Positions 24,245 through 32,000 of a stretch of DNA of 32,000 nt are shown here, piece by piece. A model generated the notes under the pieces. That model worked only from the letters and a program-made list of their open reading frames with translations, was not told where the DNA came from and searched no databases. The translations under genes were made by a program, and so were the position numbers. Source of the DNA: Desulfosporosinus sp. BRH_c37 (lineage in GTDB: Bacteria > Bacillota > Desulfitobacteriia > Desulfitobacteriales > Desulfitobacteriaceae); the NCBI GenBank assembly GCA_001516045.1, contig LOEW01000166.1:47220-79219 (forward strand), in the 5' to 3' direction. Position 1 is the first letter of the stretch. Each line of letters starts with the position of its first letter.

Positions 24245-26713
24245 TCAGATGGAGCCACTGAGTTCCAAAGCTTTCTGAACAGCGCGAATTCTGTTCATAT
24301 ACGAAGTATATTTATCATCATCGTTTACGATAGCTGCTCTAAGTTTCGCTTCTAAATAAACAGAATCAATCGTCTCTTGAGGGCTGTTCGTCGATAGGGA
24401 CTCTAATTTCGAAATAGTGGCGTCAGCCTCTTGTTCCCGCTGTAACTCAGAGTATTGAATTTGTTTGTCTTGCAAATGTGTATCTCGCATTTGTCTATTT
24501 TGCTCTTGTAATTGTTTATCTTGCTCTTGCATTTGTCTGTTTTGCTCTTGCAATTGTTTATCTTGCTCTAATAATTGTTTATCTTGCTCCGGTGTTTTTT
24601 CTTTGGGCGGTTTTTCATCAACCACTTGCTTTTTGGTGTCGGGCTTTTCAAAGGAGTGCTCAGAAAACATATCCTGTCTTCCTGTGTTAAAATCAGTAGG
24701 ATTACCTTGTTCATCTATATTTTTATAGACGATACCCGGTGGTTTCAGGAAATCTAATTCAGGCAAACCCTCGTGTATCTTGGTCATGTAATCTAACCAA
24801 ATGTGCCCCGGATAGCTGGAACCGAATAGATTGTCAACTGTGGCAGGGATATCGTAACCACTCCAGACTACGGTCGTATAATAGGCGGAATAACCACAGA
24901 ACCACCCGTCCTTACTCCCTTCTGTTGTCCCAGTTTTCCCCGCTACTATTTGTCCATCGATCTTTAAATTGTGGCCTGTGCCATAATTCGTACTGATGAC
25001 CCCTTTAAGTATATCTGTCATCATATAGGCAGATTCAGGTGAATAAACTTGCTTTTTTTCTCGAGTGTTCTTATAGACCGTATTTTGTTCTAAATAATCA
25101 ACCTTGGTGACACAACTTGGCTGAGTAAAATACCCCCCGTTTACCAAAGTGTAATACCCACCTGCTTGTTCAACTGGCGACACTCCATTAGTAAATCCCC
25201 CAATACTTGCTATTGGGTTATTATCTTCCGGATATATCCCCGCGTAGTTCATGTTGCCCAAATAAGCTAACCCAGTTATTGGCTTTATCTTATTAAATAC
25301 TTGATAAGCCACGGTATTAAGAGACATTTCAGTTGCCCAGCGGATCGTTACTGGACCGAAGAACATGTTCTCGTCATTTTTAGGTCCGTTCGGGAGGGGT
25401 TGATCCGTTATCTTGGATAGAGGATGATAACCCAATTCAAAGGCAGGCGCATAATCTAGTACGGGCTTAATGGATGACCCAGGTTGCCTAAAACTCAAAA
25501 AAGCTCGGTTGAAAATGTCCGTATCGCCACGGCCCCCCACGATAGCAACTACATAACCCGTCTTATTGTCGATCGAAACCGCAGCACCTTGCATTTCGTA
25601 TTTGTTATTGGCCGGATTTATCGACGTAAAGTCACTTAATCCATTATCAAGAGATGCTTGTAGTAACGCCTGTTTAGTAAGATCCAATGATGTATGGATA
25701 GTGTAGCCACCACGACGTATATCTTTATCGCGCTGGAAATAGGCCTCTTTATACATGGCCACATAGCTTTTTCTCTCAGCATCAGTATTAAATATATACT
25801 GAAATCTGAAGCCATCTTGCTCCATCAACGCTCTCGCTGTGCAGTCTATGGTGTAACTGGTCATGTAATTTTCAGACGTTGCCATAGGTTTTCGAATCGT
25901 TAGTTTTAAGACCGTATTTTTAGATTCATCATACTGTTCCTGCGTGATCATAGCTTGTTCTAACATCTCACTAAGTACAATATTTCTTCTTAACGTCGTC
26001 TTTTCAGGATTCACGATCGGATTAAATAAGGAGGGATTGTTTGATACTCCGCAAAGAGTCGCAGCTTCTGCCAAGGATAATTTTAAAGCTGATTTCGAAA
26101 AGAAATATTGACTAGCGCTTTCTATCCCGTAACACCCATCGCCGTAATAACAATTGTTAACATAAAATTCAAGAATTTGGGGTTTAGTGAATCTTTTCGC
26201 TAAATCTAAAGCTAAAAATATCTCGGTTAGCTTACGTAAAAGCGTTCTATCCTGTGTTAAGAAAACGTTTTTCGCCACTTGCTGAGTAATCGTTGAACCG
26301 CCAAATGTCGCTTTTCCTCCATTTTTTATATATAAAAGCGCAGCTTTTATTGTACCTTTATAATTGATGCCACCCTCAACAAGAAAGTCTCTGTCTTCAA
26401 CAGCTATGTAGCCTTTCGACACATATTCAGACACCTCCGCTAAGCTTAAGTACTTATAAGTATTTAAGCTTAGCTTGGCAATTTGTTGATTGTCCTTATC
26501 TAAAATTATAGTGCTTCCCGCTCTCCTAAATGTTGTGTCATTAATAGTACGTTCCTTAGCAAATGCTTCTTCTCTTGCCGAATCAATCATAGTTTTGTAA
26601 TTTAAAAATAAGCCCCCCAAAACAATAGTTATTAACACAATCAAAGCTGCTATGGAAATTAATGAGACTCTAAAAAACTGTTTCACTCGGCTTATTTTCT
26701 TGATTTCATCCAT
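24245..26713 (-). CDS. Class A penicillin-binding protein (glycosyltransferase plus transpeptidase) with a Q/E/K-rich heptad-repeat C-terminus
   Basis: EDRDF, GGSTITQQ and RKLTEIFLA..ILEFYVN (GT51); SSIKP, SLN and KTGTT (transpeptidase). The likely start is MDEIKK at 26711-26713 (GAAGGA SD, TM helix follows). The ORF-track start at 26809 is a GTG with no SD. Confidence 0.85.
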   Translation of the reverse strand: MDEIKKISRVKQFFRVSLISIAALIVLITIVLGGLFLNYKTMIDSAREEAFAKERTINDTTFRRAGSTIILDKDNQQIAKLSLNTYKYLSLAEVSEYVSKGYIAVEDRDFLVEGGINYKGTIKAALLYIKNGGKATFGGSTITQQVAKNVFLTQDRTLLRKLTEIFLALDLAKRFTKPQILEFYVNNCYYGDGCYGIESASQYFFSKSALKLSLAEAATLCGVSNNPSLFNPIVNPEKTTLRRNIVLSEMLEQAMITQEQYDESKNTVLKLTIRKPMATSENYMTSYTIDCTARALMEQDGFRFQYIFNTDAERKSYVAMYKEAYFQRDKDIRRGGYTIHTSLDLTKQALLQASLDNGLSDFTSINPANNKYEMQGAAVSIDNKTGYVVAIVGGRGDTDIFNRAFLSFRQPGSSIKPVLDYAPAFELGYHPLSKITDQPLPNGPKNDENMFFGPVTIRWATEMSLNTVAYQVFNKIKPITGLAYLGNMNYAGIYPEDNNPIASIGGFTNGVSPVEQAGGYYTLVNGGYFTQPSCVTKVDYLEQNTVYKNTREKKQVYSPESAYMMTDILKGVISTNYGTGHNLKIDGQIVAGKTGTTEGSKDGWFCGYSAYYTTVVWSGYDIPATVDNLFGSSYPGHIWLDYMTKIHEGLPELDFLKPPGIVYKNIDEQGNPTDFNTGRQDMFSEHSFEKPDTKKQVVDEKPPKEKTPEQDKQLLEQDKQLQEQNRQMQEQDKQLQEQNRQMRDTHLQDKQIQYSELQREQEADATISKLESLSTNSPQETIDSVYLEAKLRAAIVNDDDKYTSYMNRIRAVQKALELSGSI
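24463..24597. repeat. Tandem 21-nt (42-nt super-unit) repeats encoding QEQDKQL/QEQNRQM heptads
   Basis: Read directly: CTCTTGCATTTGTCTGTTTTG / CTCTTGCAATTGTTTATCTTG units, about 5-6 copies. They lie inside the 3' part of the PBP gene. Confidence 0.75.
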
Positions 26714-27044
26714 ATTGATCCTTCTTATGAATTCATTTCGTTTTATGTCAATAAATCTACTGAACCTTAACACTATATCTATCTTACAAGGAGATACCAT
26801 TAATGTCACCGATTTTTATCGGTATTTATTTAAAATTTAGATACTATGTTTCTATCTTTTTTTCTACCAGCAAAGAATCAATAAGCTAGACCCTAGCGGT
26901 GGAAATGACACAGCATGGTCCTTGTCTGAGTTTAGACTAATCAATCGTCGAAATTTCAAAGGACTCCGCCGTATCCAGCGGCTGAGTCTCTTTTATACTT
27001 ATCAGACCCCCATGCCGCTGCGCGGCACCACTTTATTTACAGTT

Positions 27045-27953
27045 TTAAAACAACTGAATAGTATTAGGCATTTCGCCCAACAAAGACTCTCGAATATACT
27101 TTAGCCATAAGTGGGTAGCGTATGAAAGGTAACGTCTTTTGTGCCAGATCAGTGACAGTTCAAGGAATATTTGCGGGTCACTTAAAGGAATAAATGCCAT
27201 TGTTTCCGGATCAAGTTCAGCACATAGTTTACTTGGCAGCAGGGCTATTCCAAGTTTAGCAGCGACAACCTGAGTCATCAGTTCACGTTGTGAAGTTTCA
27301 AAGACCACCTTAGGCTGAAAACCGGCCATTTTACACCGGTTGACGATTTCATCATATAAATTAAAATCCCGACGAAATAAGACAAAACTTTCCTCGACGA
27401 GCAATTCAAATTCGATTTTTGGATACTCTCGTAACGGGTGTTCAGGGTGAACAACCAACCATAAAGGGTCTTTGGTAAAGTTCATTATATTATGCTCACT
27501 ATTCGTGGGACAACAGATCAGGCCTACATCTAACGAGCCATCCTGGATACCTAACTCCACACTTTTAGACCCATATTCAAATAAATTAATCTCGATATTT
27601 GGATAAGCTTTCTTAAACTTACCTAATAATTCGGCAAATGCGGTAGCTGCTGTAATGGGGGGCATACCAATATTAAGCTTGCCTTTTTCGGTTTTTGCCA
27701 TAATGTCTAGTTCTATGGGGATGCTGCGGAACATCTCCACTATTTGCGTGGCCTTCGTTAAGAGCACCTCTCCGGTATCTGTCAGCTGAACAAATTTTGA
27801 ACTTCGGTTAAAGAGCGATTTTCCCAATTCATCCTCCAAGTCCTTAATCGTTTTACTAATTGTTGACTGGGAAACATGGGTTGTGTTCGCCGCATTGCTA
27901 AAACTCTTTTGACCTGCGACCTCTATAAAGTACTCCAAATGACGTATATCCAA
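27045..27953 (-). CDS. LysR-family transcriptional regulator
   Basis: 302-aa ORF. N-terminal HTH MDIRHLEYFIEVAGQKSFSNAANTTHVSQSTISKTIKDLE. Divergent from the cidA/lrgB-like pair. Confidence 0.85.
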   Translation of the reverse strand: MDIRHLEYFIEVAGQKSFSNAANTTHVSQSTISKTIKDLEDELGKSLFNRSSKFVQLTDTGEVLLTKATQIVEMFRSIPIELDIMAKTEKGKLNIGMPPITAATAFAELLGKFKKAYPNIEINLFEYGSKSVELGIQDGSLDVGLICCPTNSEHNIMNFTKDPLWLVVHPEHPLREYPKIEFELLVEESFVLFRRDFNLYDEIVNRCKMAGFQPKVVFETSQRELMTQVVAAKLGIALLPSKLCAELDPETMAFIPLSDPQIFLELSLIWHKRRYLSYATHLWLKYIRESLLGEMPNTIQLF

Positions 27954-28101
27954 AACTGCACCTCCCTTATGCCAGGTATTATACTATCTAGTTTTGGAAT
28001 AATCAACATTCTAATTATCTATTTTACAGATAGTACCCTTAGTAGTAAAATAAATTTAGGCATATGAAAGAAAATAACAAGTCATGATGCCTTGGATATT
28101 T

Positions 28102-28163
28102 TGCGTCAGACAAGGAGGTATATGCCCCTCATAGCGGGGCTATTAGGGGCATATACCGACGCA
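28102..28163. repeat. Nested inverted repeat in the LysR / cidA-like intergenic region
   Basis: TGCGTC ... GGTATATGCCCCT (28117-28129) ... ATAGC-GGG-GCTAT ... AGGGGCATATACC (28145-28157) GACGCA. That is three concentric complementary layers. Confidence 0.6.
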
Positions 28164-28240
28164 GTATGACACAAAATAGACTGGCAGACTGACTAGTTAT
28201 TTTCTTGAATGTGCCTTAAGTCAAAACAAGCTCATTTGGC

Positions 28241-28645
28241 ATGAAAGAAGATGAATTTATGAATTACTGGTTACGCGTGACTCTACAGATTACTTTGCTT
28301 TGGGTGATCTACCAATTAGGAAACATTCTGGTAGGAATAATGCACTTACCTATTCCTGGTAATGTCCTAGGAATGATTATCCTATTTGTTTTGCTGAGCA
28401 CCAGAACTATTCCCTTAGTCTGGGTAGAAGAAAGTGCGGATTTACTGCTTAAGCATCTTGCTTTTTTCTTTATTCCGATTGCTGTTGGGTTAATGGAATG
28501 GGTAGGTCTATTCCAGACGAGTGGCCTACAACTTTTGTTGGCTATTTCACTTAGCGCGACCGTAGGCATTCTAGTTACAGGTTTGGTAGTTCAGATTTTT
28601 GCAGGTATACGTTTTGTCAAGGAGGAAATCAAATGCATCAACTAA
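28241..28645 (+). CDS. CidA/LrgA-family holin-like membrane protein
   Basis: 134-aa ORF with four hydrophobic segments and LPIPGNVLGMIILFVLL, typical of the family. An alternative start is MNYW at 28259. Confidence 0.8.
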   Translation: MKEDEFMNYWLRVTLQITLLWVIYQLGNILVGIMHLPIPGNVLGMIILFVLLSTRTIPLVWVEESADLLLKHLAFFFIPIAVGLMEWVGLFQTSGLQLLLAISLSATVGILVTGLVVQIFAGIRFVKEEIKCIN

Positions 28646-29322
28646 TCGTACTCTTTACTATTGCTATTTCGATAGGGGCCTATACCTTCAGCCGTTTTCT
28701 GAGTAAGCGTTATCCTCACCCGCTCGTCAATGTGGTATTCCTGAGCACCGCATTAATTATTATGGTTTTGCTGAGCACCGGAATCAGTTTTAGACAGTAT
28801 CAACCCGGCTTAAACGTTATGACCTCGCTTTTAGGACCCGCAACAGCTGCTTTAGCGATACCCCTTTATCGCAACCGTAAGATCTTGTTAAATAATTTTA
28901 TTCCCGTGGCACTAGGGATTGTGTTAGGAGCAACGGCGAATATGACGACGTCGATACTCGCAGCTAAACTCTTTGGTTTGAGTAAGGTCACCGTGGTCTC
29001 CTTGGTACTTAAGTCAGTCACGGTGCCAATTGCGATAGACATCTCAAAAATCTTAAGTGGCGACCCCTCTCTTACTTCTGCTTTTGTAATTGCTACTGGT
29101 ATTTTAGGTACCGTCTTAACTCCCATTCTGCTTAACCTATTCAAGGTTACTAATCCGTTAGCCCGAGGAATAGCTTATGGAACCACCGCGCATGGTCAAG
29201 GCACTGCAACGGCTCTGTTAGAAGGACCTGTGCAAGGTTCAATGTCTGGGGTTGCCATGGGGCTTGCAGCTATCTTCACTTCATTTTTAGCTCCGCTATT
29301 GGTTAGTAGCTTAGTAGGTTAA
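28633..29322 (+). CDS. LrgB/CidB-family membrane protein
   Basis: 229-aa polytopic ORF with AAGGAGG 7 nt upstream. It overlaps the upstream gene by 13 nt. The C-terminal AYGTTAHGQGTA motif is typical of LrgB. Confidence 0.8.
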   Translation: MHQLIVLFTIAISIGAYTFSRFLSKRYPHPLVNVVFLSTALIIMVLLSTGISFRQYQPGLNVMTSLLGPATAALAIPLYRNRKILLNNFIPVALGIVLGATANMTTSILAAKLFGLSKVTVVSLVLKSVTVPIAIDISKILSGDPSLTSAFVIATGILGTVLTPILLNLFKVTNPLARGIAYGTTAHGQGTATALLEGPVQGSMSGVAMGLAAIFTSFLAPLLVSSLVG

Positions 29323-29366
29323 CATCCTCACTCCGAAATATGGGGGTGGAGTGAACATATAAACAG

Positions 29367-29396
29367 GCCGGAAGCATTGCTTCCGGTCTATTTATT
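29367..29396 (+). terminator. Rho-independent terminator after the lrgB-like gene
   Basis: GCCGGAAGC / ATT / GCTTCCGGT followed by CTATTTATT. Confidence 0.7.
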
Positions 29397-29446
29397 AGTT
29401 GAAATAGAGATTTTCCAGGTATTTCATGAAATAATTTAGAGGAGAT

Positions 29447-29475
29447 TTGCATATTTAAGTCGAATGTTTATTAAT
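29447..29475 (+). promoter_or_regulatory. Candidate sigma-A promoter for the riboswitch leader
   Basis: TTGCAT, 17-nt spacer, ATTAAT. The predicted start is about 20 nt before the aptamer. Confidence 0.3.
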
Positions 29476-29499
29476 GACCCGACAAAAGGAAAAGAAATA

Positions 29500-29615
29500 A
29501 GGAAAGCTGAATCTAGATTTACCTAGAACGGGGGATCTTTTTATGGGGTGAAACGCGTACCACGCGTCGGGCTAACACCTTGTGTCCGAATCCGTCAACT
29601 AACCTCGTAAGCTAA
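29500..29615 (+). promoter_or_regulatory. ydaO/yuaA-type cyclic-di-AMP riboswitch
   Basis: Signature segments GCTGAATC, ACGGGGGA, GGGGTGAA and CCGAATCCGTCAACTAACCTCGTAAGC appear in the canonical order. It lies directly upstream of a cell-wall hydrolase gene, a classic context for this class. Confidence 0.75.
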
Positions 29616-29630
29616 GAAGGGTGTAACTAA

Positions 29631-31061
29631 ATGCATTTGAATTTCAATTGGTCTCAGAAAAAAGTACTCGTCCAACAATTGTTCCGTGTCAATCTACAAA
29701 AAATATCCTGGAAATCACCGCGTGTCCTCGGTAGTATCTCGATGACAATTATCCTAACTGGCGGGCTCACTTATTATTTTTCGACAACGACTTCTGCTGC
29801 TGCCGTGATACTTAACGGTCAACAGCTTGGCTTAGTTCAAAATGTTAACATTGGTAAAAATCTCGTTGAAACGACTTTGAAACAACATGGCGAGTCCTTT
29901 GGGCTAAGCGCCAAAACTCATGACCAAATTACCTATAAAAATGTCAGGGTTAATCCAGCAGTCTATCTTGAATCTACTTTGAGCGATAAGACGTTGGAAG
30001 ATAAGTTAACGTTTTATCTTGAAGGTTATAAGTTAGAAGCAGACGGTTCTGTGATAGCAGTTTTACCTAGCAAAGAAGCTTCTGATCAAGTTCTAAAAGA
30101 CTATCAAGACTATTTTGTTAAACCCAGTAATGAGAATAAGGTAACTACCGTTAATTTTACCGAAAAGATTAGTGTCGAAGCGGCAGAAGTCCAACCTGAT
30201 CAAATGAAAAAAACCGATCAAGCTTTAAAAATGTTGATTGACGGTAAAATAAGGACCAGGGATTACACTGTCCTAGCTAATGATTCTTGGTGGCTTATTG
30301 CCCGCAAAAATAATATGTTGACGGATGAAGTTTTGGCTAGTAATTCGGGGGCAACCAAGGATACGAAGTTGAAGCCGGGCCAAATTATTAAACTTGTTGA
30401 TTCAACACCCTATCTTACTGTCGTAAGTCAGGGAACCTATTCAGGTCCTGAAACAATTCCCTATGATGTCGTATCAAAAGTTGATAACAGTTTAGGAGTC
30501 GGCCAAACCAAGGTCATCAAACAAGGTAGTACTGGTTCAAAAGTAGTTACATATTCTTATGTGCAAAAAAATGGCATAGACGTTTCCAAGCAGGTATTAG
30601 ATGAAAAGATCACTCAAACTCCTGTCAATCAAGTCATCGCTAAAGGCCCCAATAGTCGACCTGTCAATGTAGCGTTTGCAGCTTCTCGTGGAAGTAATGG
30701 TTCTTCTTCCATCGTAAATCGCGCCCTTAGTTTGCAAGGGACACCCTATGTTTTTGGCGGAACAACTCGTAGTGGCTTTGACTGTTCGGGTTTTACCAAG
30801 TATGTCCTCGCCAGTGCTGGGATATCCCTTCCTCGTACATCTTATGCGCAATTCGCTTCAGGATCTTTGGTCGGTAAGAATAGTCTTCAGCCGGGTGACC
30901 TAGTTTTCTTTTCGACTTATTCTTCAGGTGCCTCTCATGTGGGCATTTATATCGGGGGAGGCCGTTTTGTTCATGCCAGTAACCCCACTAGTGATGTTAA
31001 AGTATCAAGCCTTAGTGAAAGTTTTTATGCTTCCCGTTATCTCGGAGCACGCAGGTATTAG
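29631..31061 (+). CDS. Secreted or anchored cell-wall hydrolase: N-terminal TM, LysM, G5 and C-terminal NlpC/P60 domains
   Basis: 476-aa ORF. LysM (YTVLANDSWWLIARKNNM...LKPGQIIKL). G5 (IPYDVVSKVDNSLGVGQTKVIKQGSTGSKVVTYSYVQKNG). NlpC/P60 (GTPYVFGGTTRSGFDCSGF...HVGIYIGGGRFVHA). Confidence 0.85.
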   Translation: MHLNFNWSQKKVLVQQLFRVNLQKISWKSPRVLGSISMTIILTGGLTYYFSTTTSAAAVILNGQQLGLVQNVNIGKNLVETTLKQHGESFGLSAKTHDQITYKNVRVNPAVYLESTLSDKTLEDKLTFYLEGYKLEADGSVIAVLPSKEASDQVLKDYQDYFVKPSNENKVTTVNFTEKISVEAAEVQPDQMKKTDQALKMLIDGKIRTRDYTVLANDSWWLIARKNNMLTDEVLASNSGATKDTKLKPGQIIKLVDSTPYLTVVSQGTYSGPETIPYDVVSKVDNSLGVGQTKVIKQGSTGSKVVTYSYVQKNGIDVSKQVLDEKITQTPVNQVIAKGPNSRPVNVAFAASRGSNGSSSIVNRALSLQGTPYVFGGTTRSGFDCSGFTKYVLASAGISLPRTSYAQFASGSLVGKNSLQPGDLVFFSTYSSGASHVGIYIGGGRFVHASNPTSDVKVSSLSESFYASRYLGARRY

Positions 31062-31139
31062 AGACTCTTTTTTTCAGGTTATACTTCCAGAAAGTTATAA
31101 TTTCCGACTAGTACCGCCACACTAAGCCTAAGAGCGCCC

Positions 31140-31190
31140 CCCAGTAGCCTGAACTATGGGGGAGCGCTCTTGCTTATTCTGGGGTTCACT
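31140..31190 (+). terminator. Probable terminator after the hydrolase gene
   Basis: AAGAGCGCCCCCC (31140-31152) / 15-nt loop / GGGGGAGCGCTCTT (31168-31181), one bulge. The T-rich tail is weak. Confidence 0.45.
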
Positions 31191-31272
31191 CGATAAAGGT
31201 TAGCTTTGATCCGTAGTAAAGGGCTCATTGACAACTTTTCTGAGGTTTTCCCACTTCAGGCTTTACCGTTCC

Positions 31273-31536
31273 CTAACCAATCGAAGTATATCTCGCCAAG
31301 ATACTTTTCCATACATAAGAACGCCCACTCGATACATATACTATTTTGTCTTGCCAGCTAATTTGCCCACTATCCGGTCTAATAATATCTAAGATCATTC
31401 GCATTGTAGTGGTTTTTCCAGCACCATTAGGTCCTAGAAAGCCGAAAACCTCACCTTCTGGTATAGTAAGGTTTAGATCTTCGATCACACGCTTAGCCCC
31501 AAAGGACTTGTTCACAGAGCTCAGCTTTAGAGACAT
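31273..31536 (-). pseudogene. Truncated ABC-transporter ATP-binding gene (N-terminal ~60 aa only)
   Basis: MSLKLSSVNKSFGAKRVIEDLNLTIPEGEVFGFLGPNGAGKTTTMRMI (Walker A), then non-homologous sequence and a stop. There is no Q-loop, signature or Walker B in any downstream frame. Confidence 0.6.
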
Positions 31537-31581
31537 GTTTCGATTAAGCAGGGTTTTTCCCCCCTTCCGGAGCTGGTAATT

Positions 31582-32000
31582 TCACAGCTGATTAAGATAA
31601 TACCAGAAGCCCTTGACCGAGTTCATCAAAGTTTGATCCACCCGCTGTTTATCGAAACTTAATTCCGGATGTTCCGCAAGATTGTATCCCTGATTGAACA
31701 TGGACCGGAACACGTAACTGTTGATTTGTTCTATAGCGGTTTCCAGCGGCTGACCGGCTTTAGAAACCTTCATAATTATTTCGGACCAAACCGAGAACTG
31801 ACCCAACATTCTTTCAATGATGGCTTGTCCATGCTTTTTGCTGCCAAAGTGACTGAAGTAAATATTATCAATATTTAATAACGCCATTTTCTGCATTGAA
31901 GCAAGCATCATCTCCAGTTTAACTGGGTGCGGTGCCCCTGGAATAATAATATCGTCATCTAGGAAGGCCGAAAGCCTTGGAAAATAAAGGCCTAAAGCGT
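31582..32000 (-). CDS. MBL-fold metallo-hydrolase-like protein, C-terminal part (5' end lies outside the window)
   Basis: The frame stays open upstream of the listed Met, to the window edge (...AFLDDDIIIPGAPHPVKLEMM...). IYFSHFG resembles the last metal-binding strand of MBL-fold proteins. Confidence 0.45.
   Translation of the reverse strand, partial: ALGLYFPRLSAFLDDDIIIPGAPHPVKLEMMLASMQKMALLNIDNIYFSHFGSKKHGQAIIERMLGQFSVWSEIIMKVSKAGQPLETAIEQINSYVFRSMFNQGYNLAEHPELSFDKQRVDQTLMNSVKGFWYYLNQL

Noticed and set aside
24465-24757. Plus-strand Cys- or Leu-rich repeat ORFs (e.g. MSCKCVSRICLFCSCNCLSCSC...)
   Set aside because: They are antisense translations of the PBP heptad-repeat DNA. The periodicity is an artefact of the tandem repeat.
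28122-28169. 15-codon mini-ORF (MPLIAGLLGAYTDAV) behind AAGGAGG inside the nested palindrome; possible leader peptide
   Set aside because: The SD-to-ATG spacing is only 3 nt, and the ORF is an automatic consequence of the palindrome. It is not supportable without expression data.
1-32000. CRISPR arrays, tRNA/rRNA genes, IS elements, integrases and prophage genes
   Set aside because: I looked for regularly spaced direct repeats, cloverleaf-like segments and transposase or recombinase motifs on both strands and found none. The only tandem repeats are the coding heptads in the PBP gene and the GTTCGAG heptamers.

Overview
32-kb chromosomal window, probably from a moderately low-GC Gram-positive anaerobe. 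Gene content resembles Desulfosporosinus or Desulfitobacterium, but that is inference only. I saw no rRNA, tRNA, CRISPR array, transposase or integrase. Almost all genes are on the minus strand. Left to right: (1) the 3' end of serA, then a 445-bp non-coding stretch with a strong hairpin. (2) A 5.4-kb four-gene cassette (921-6238): a 273-aa coiled-coil-like protein, two translationally coupled BrxD/DUF2791-like P-loop ATPases, and a divergently transcribed SF2 helicase, bracketed by two near-identical palindromic hairpins. This is my best candidate for an undescribed defence or DNA-surveillance system. (3) A molybdopterin aldehyde oxidoreductase operon (6296-13417) with a large flavo/Fe-S partner, a zinc-ribbon protein, a 60-aa remnant of a radical-SAM gene and a PaaK/F390-type ligase. 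(4) An MNT/HepT (type VII) toxin-antitoxin pair flanked by non-coding DNA. (5) An aromatic-acid (de)carboxylase locus (15360-23991): XylR-N/V4R-PucR hybrid regulator, PaaK-type CoA ligase, 61-aa ORF, UbiD-type subunit C, subunit D, then ubiX, type-2 IPP isomerase, a PNPOx-family protein and a disrupted flavodoxin. (6) Class A PBP with a heptad-repeat tail. (7) LysR regulator divergent from a CidA/LrgA-LrgB pair. (8) A ydaO-type c-di-AMP riboswitch in front of a LysM-G5-NlpC/P60 hydrolase. (9) A truncated ABC ATPase remnant and a partial MBL-fold gene. All functional calls come from motif recognition by eye; no searches were run.
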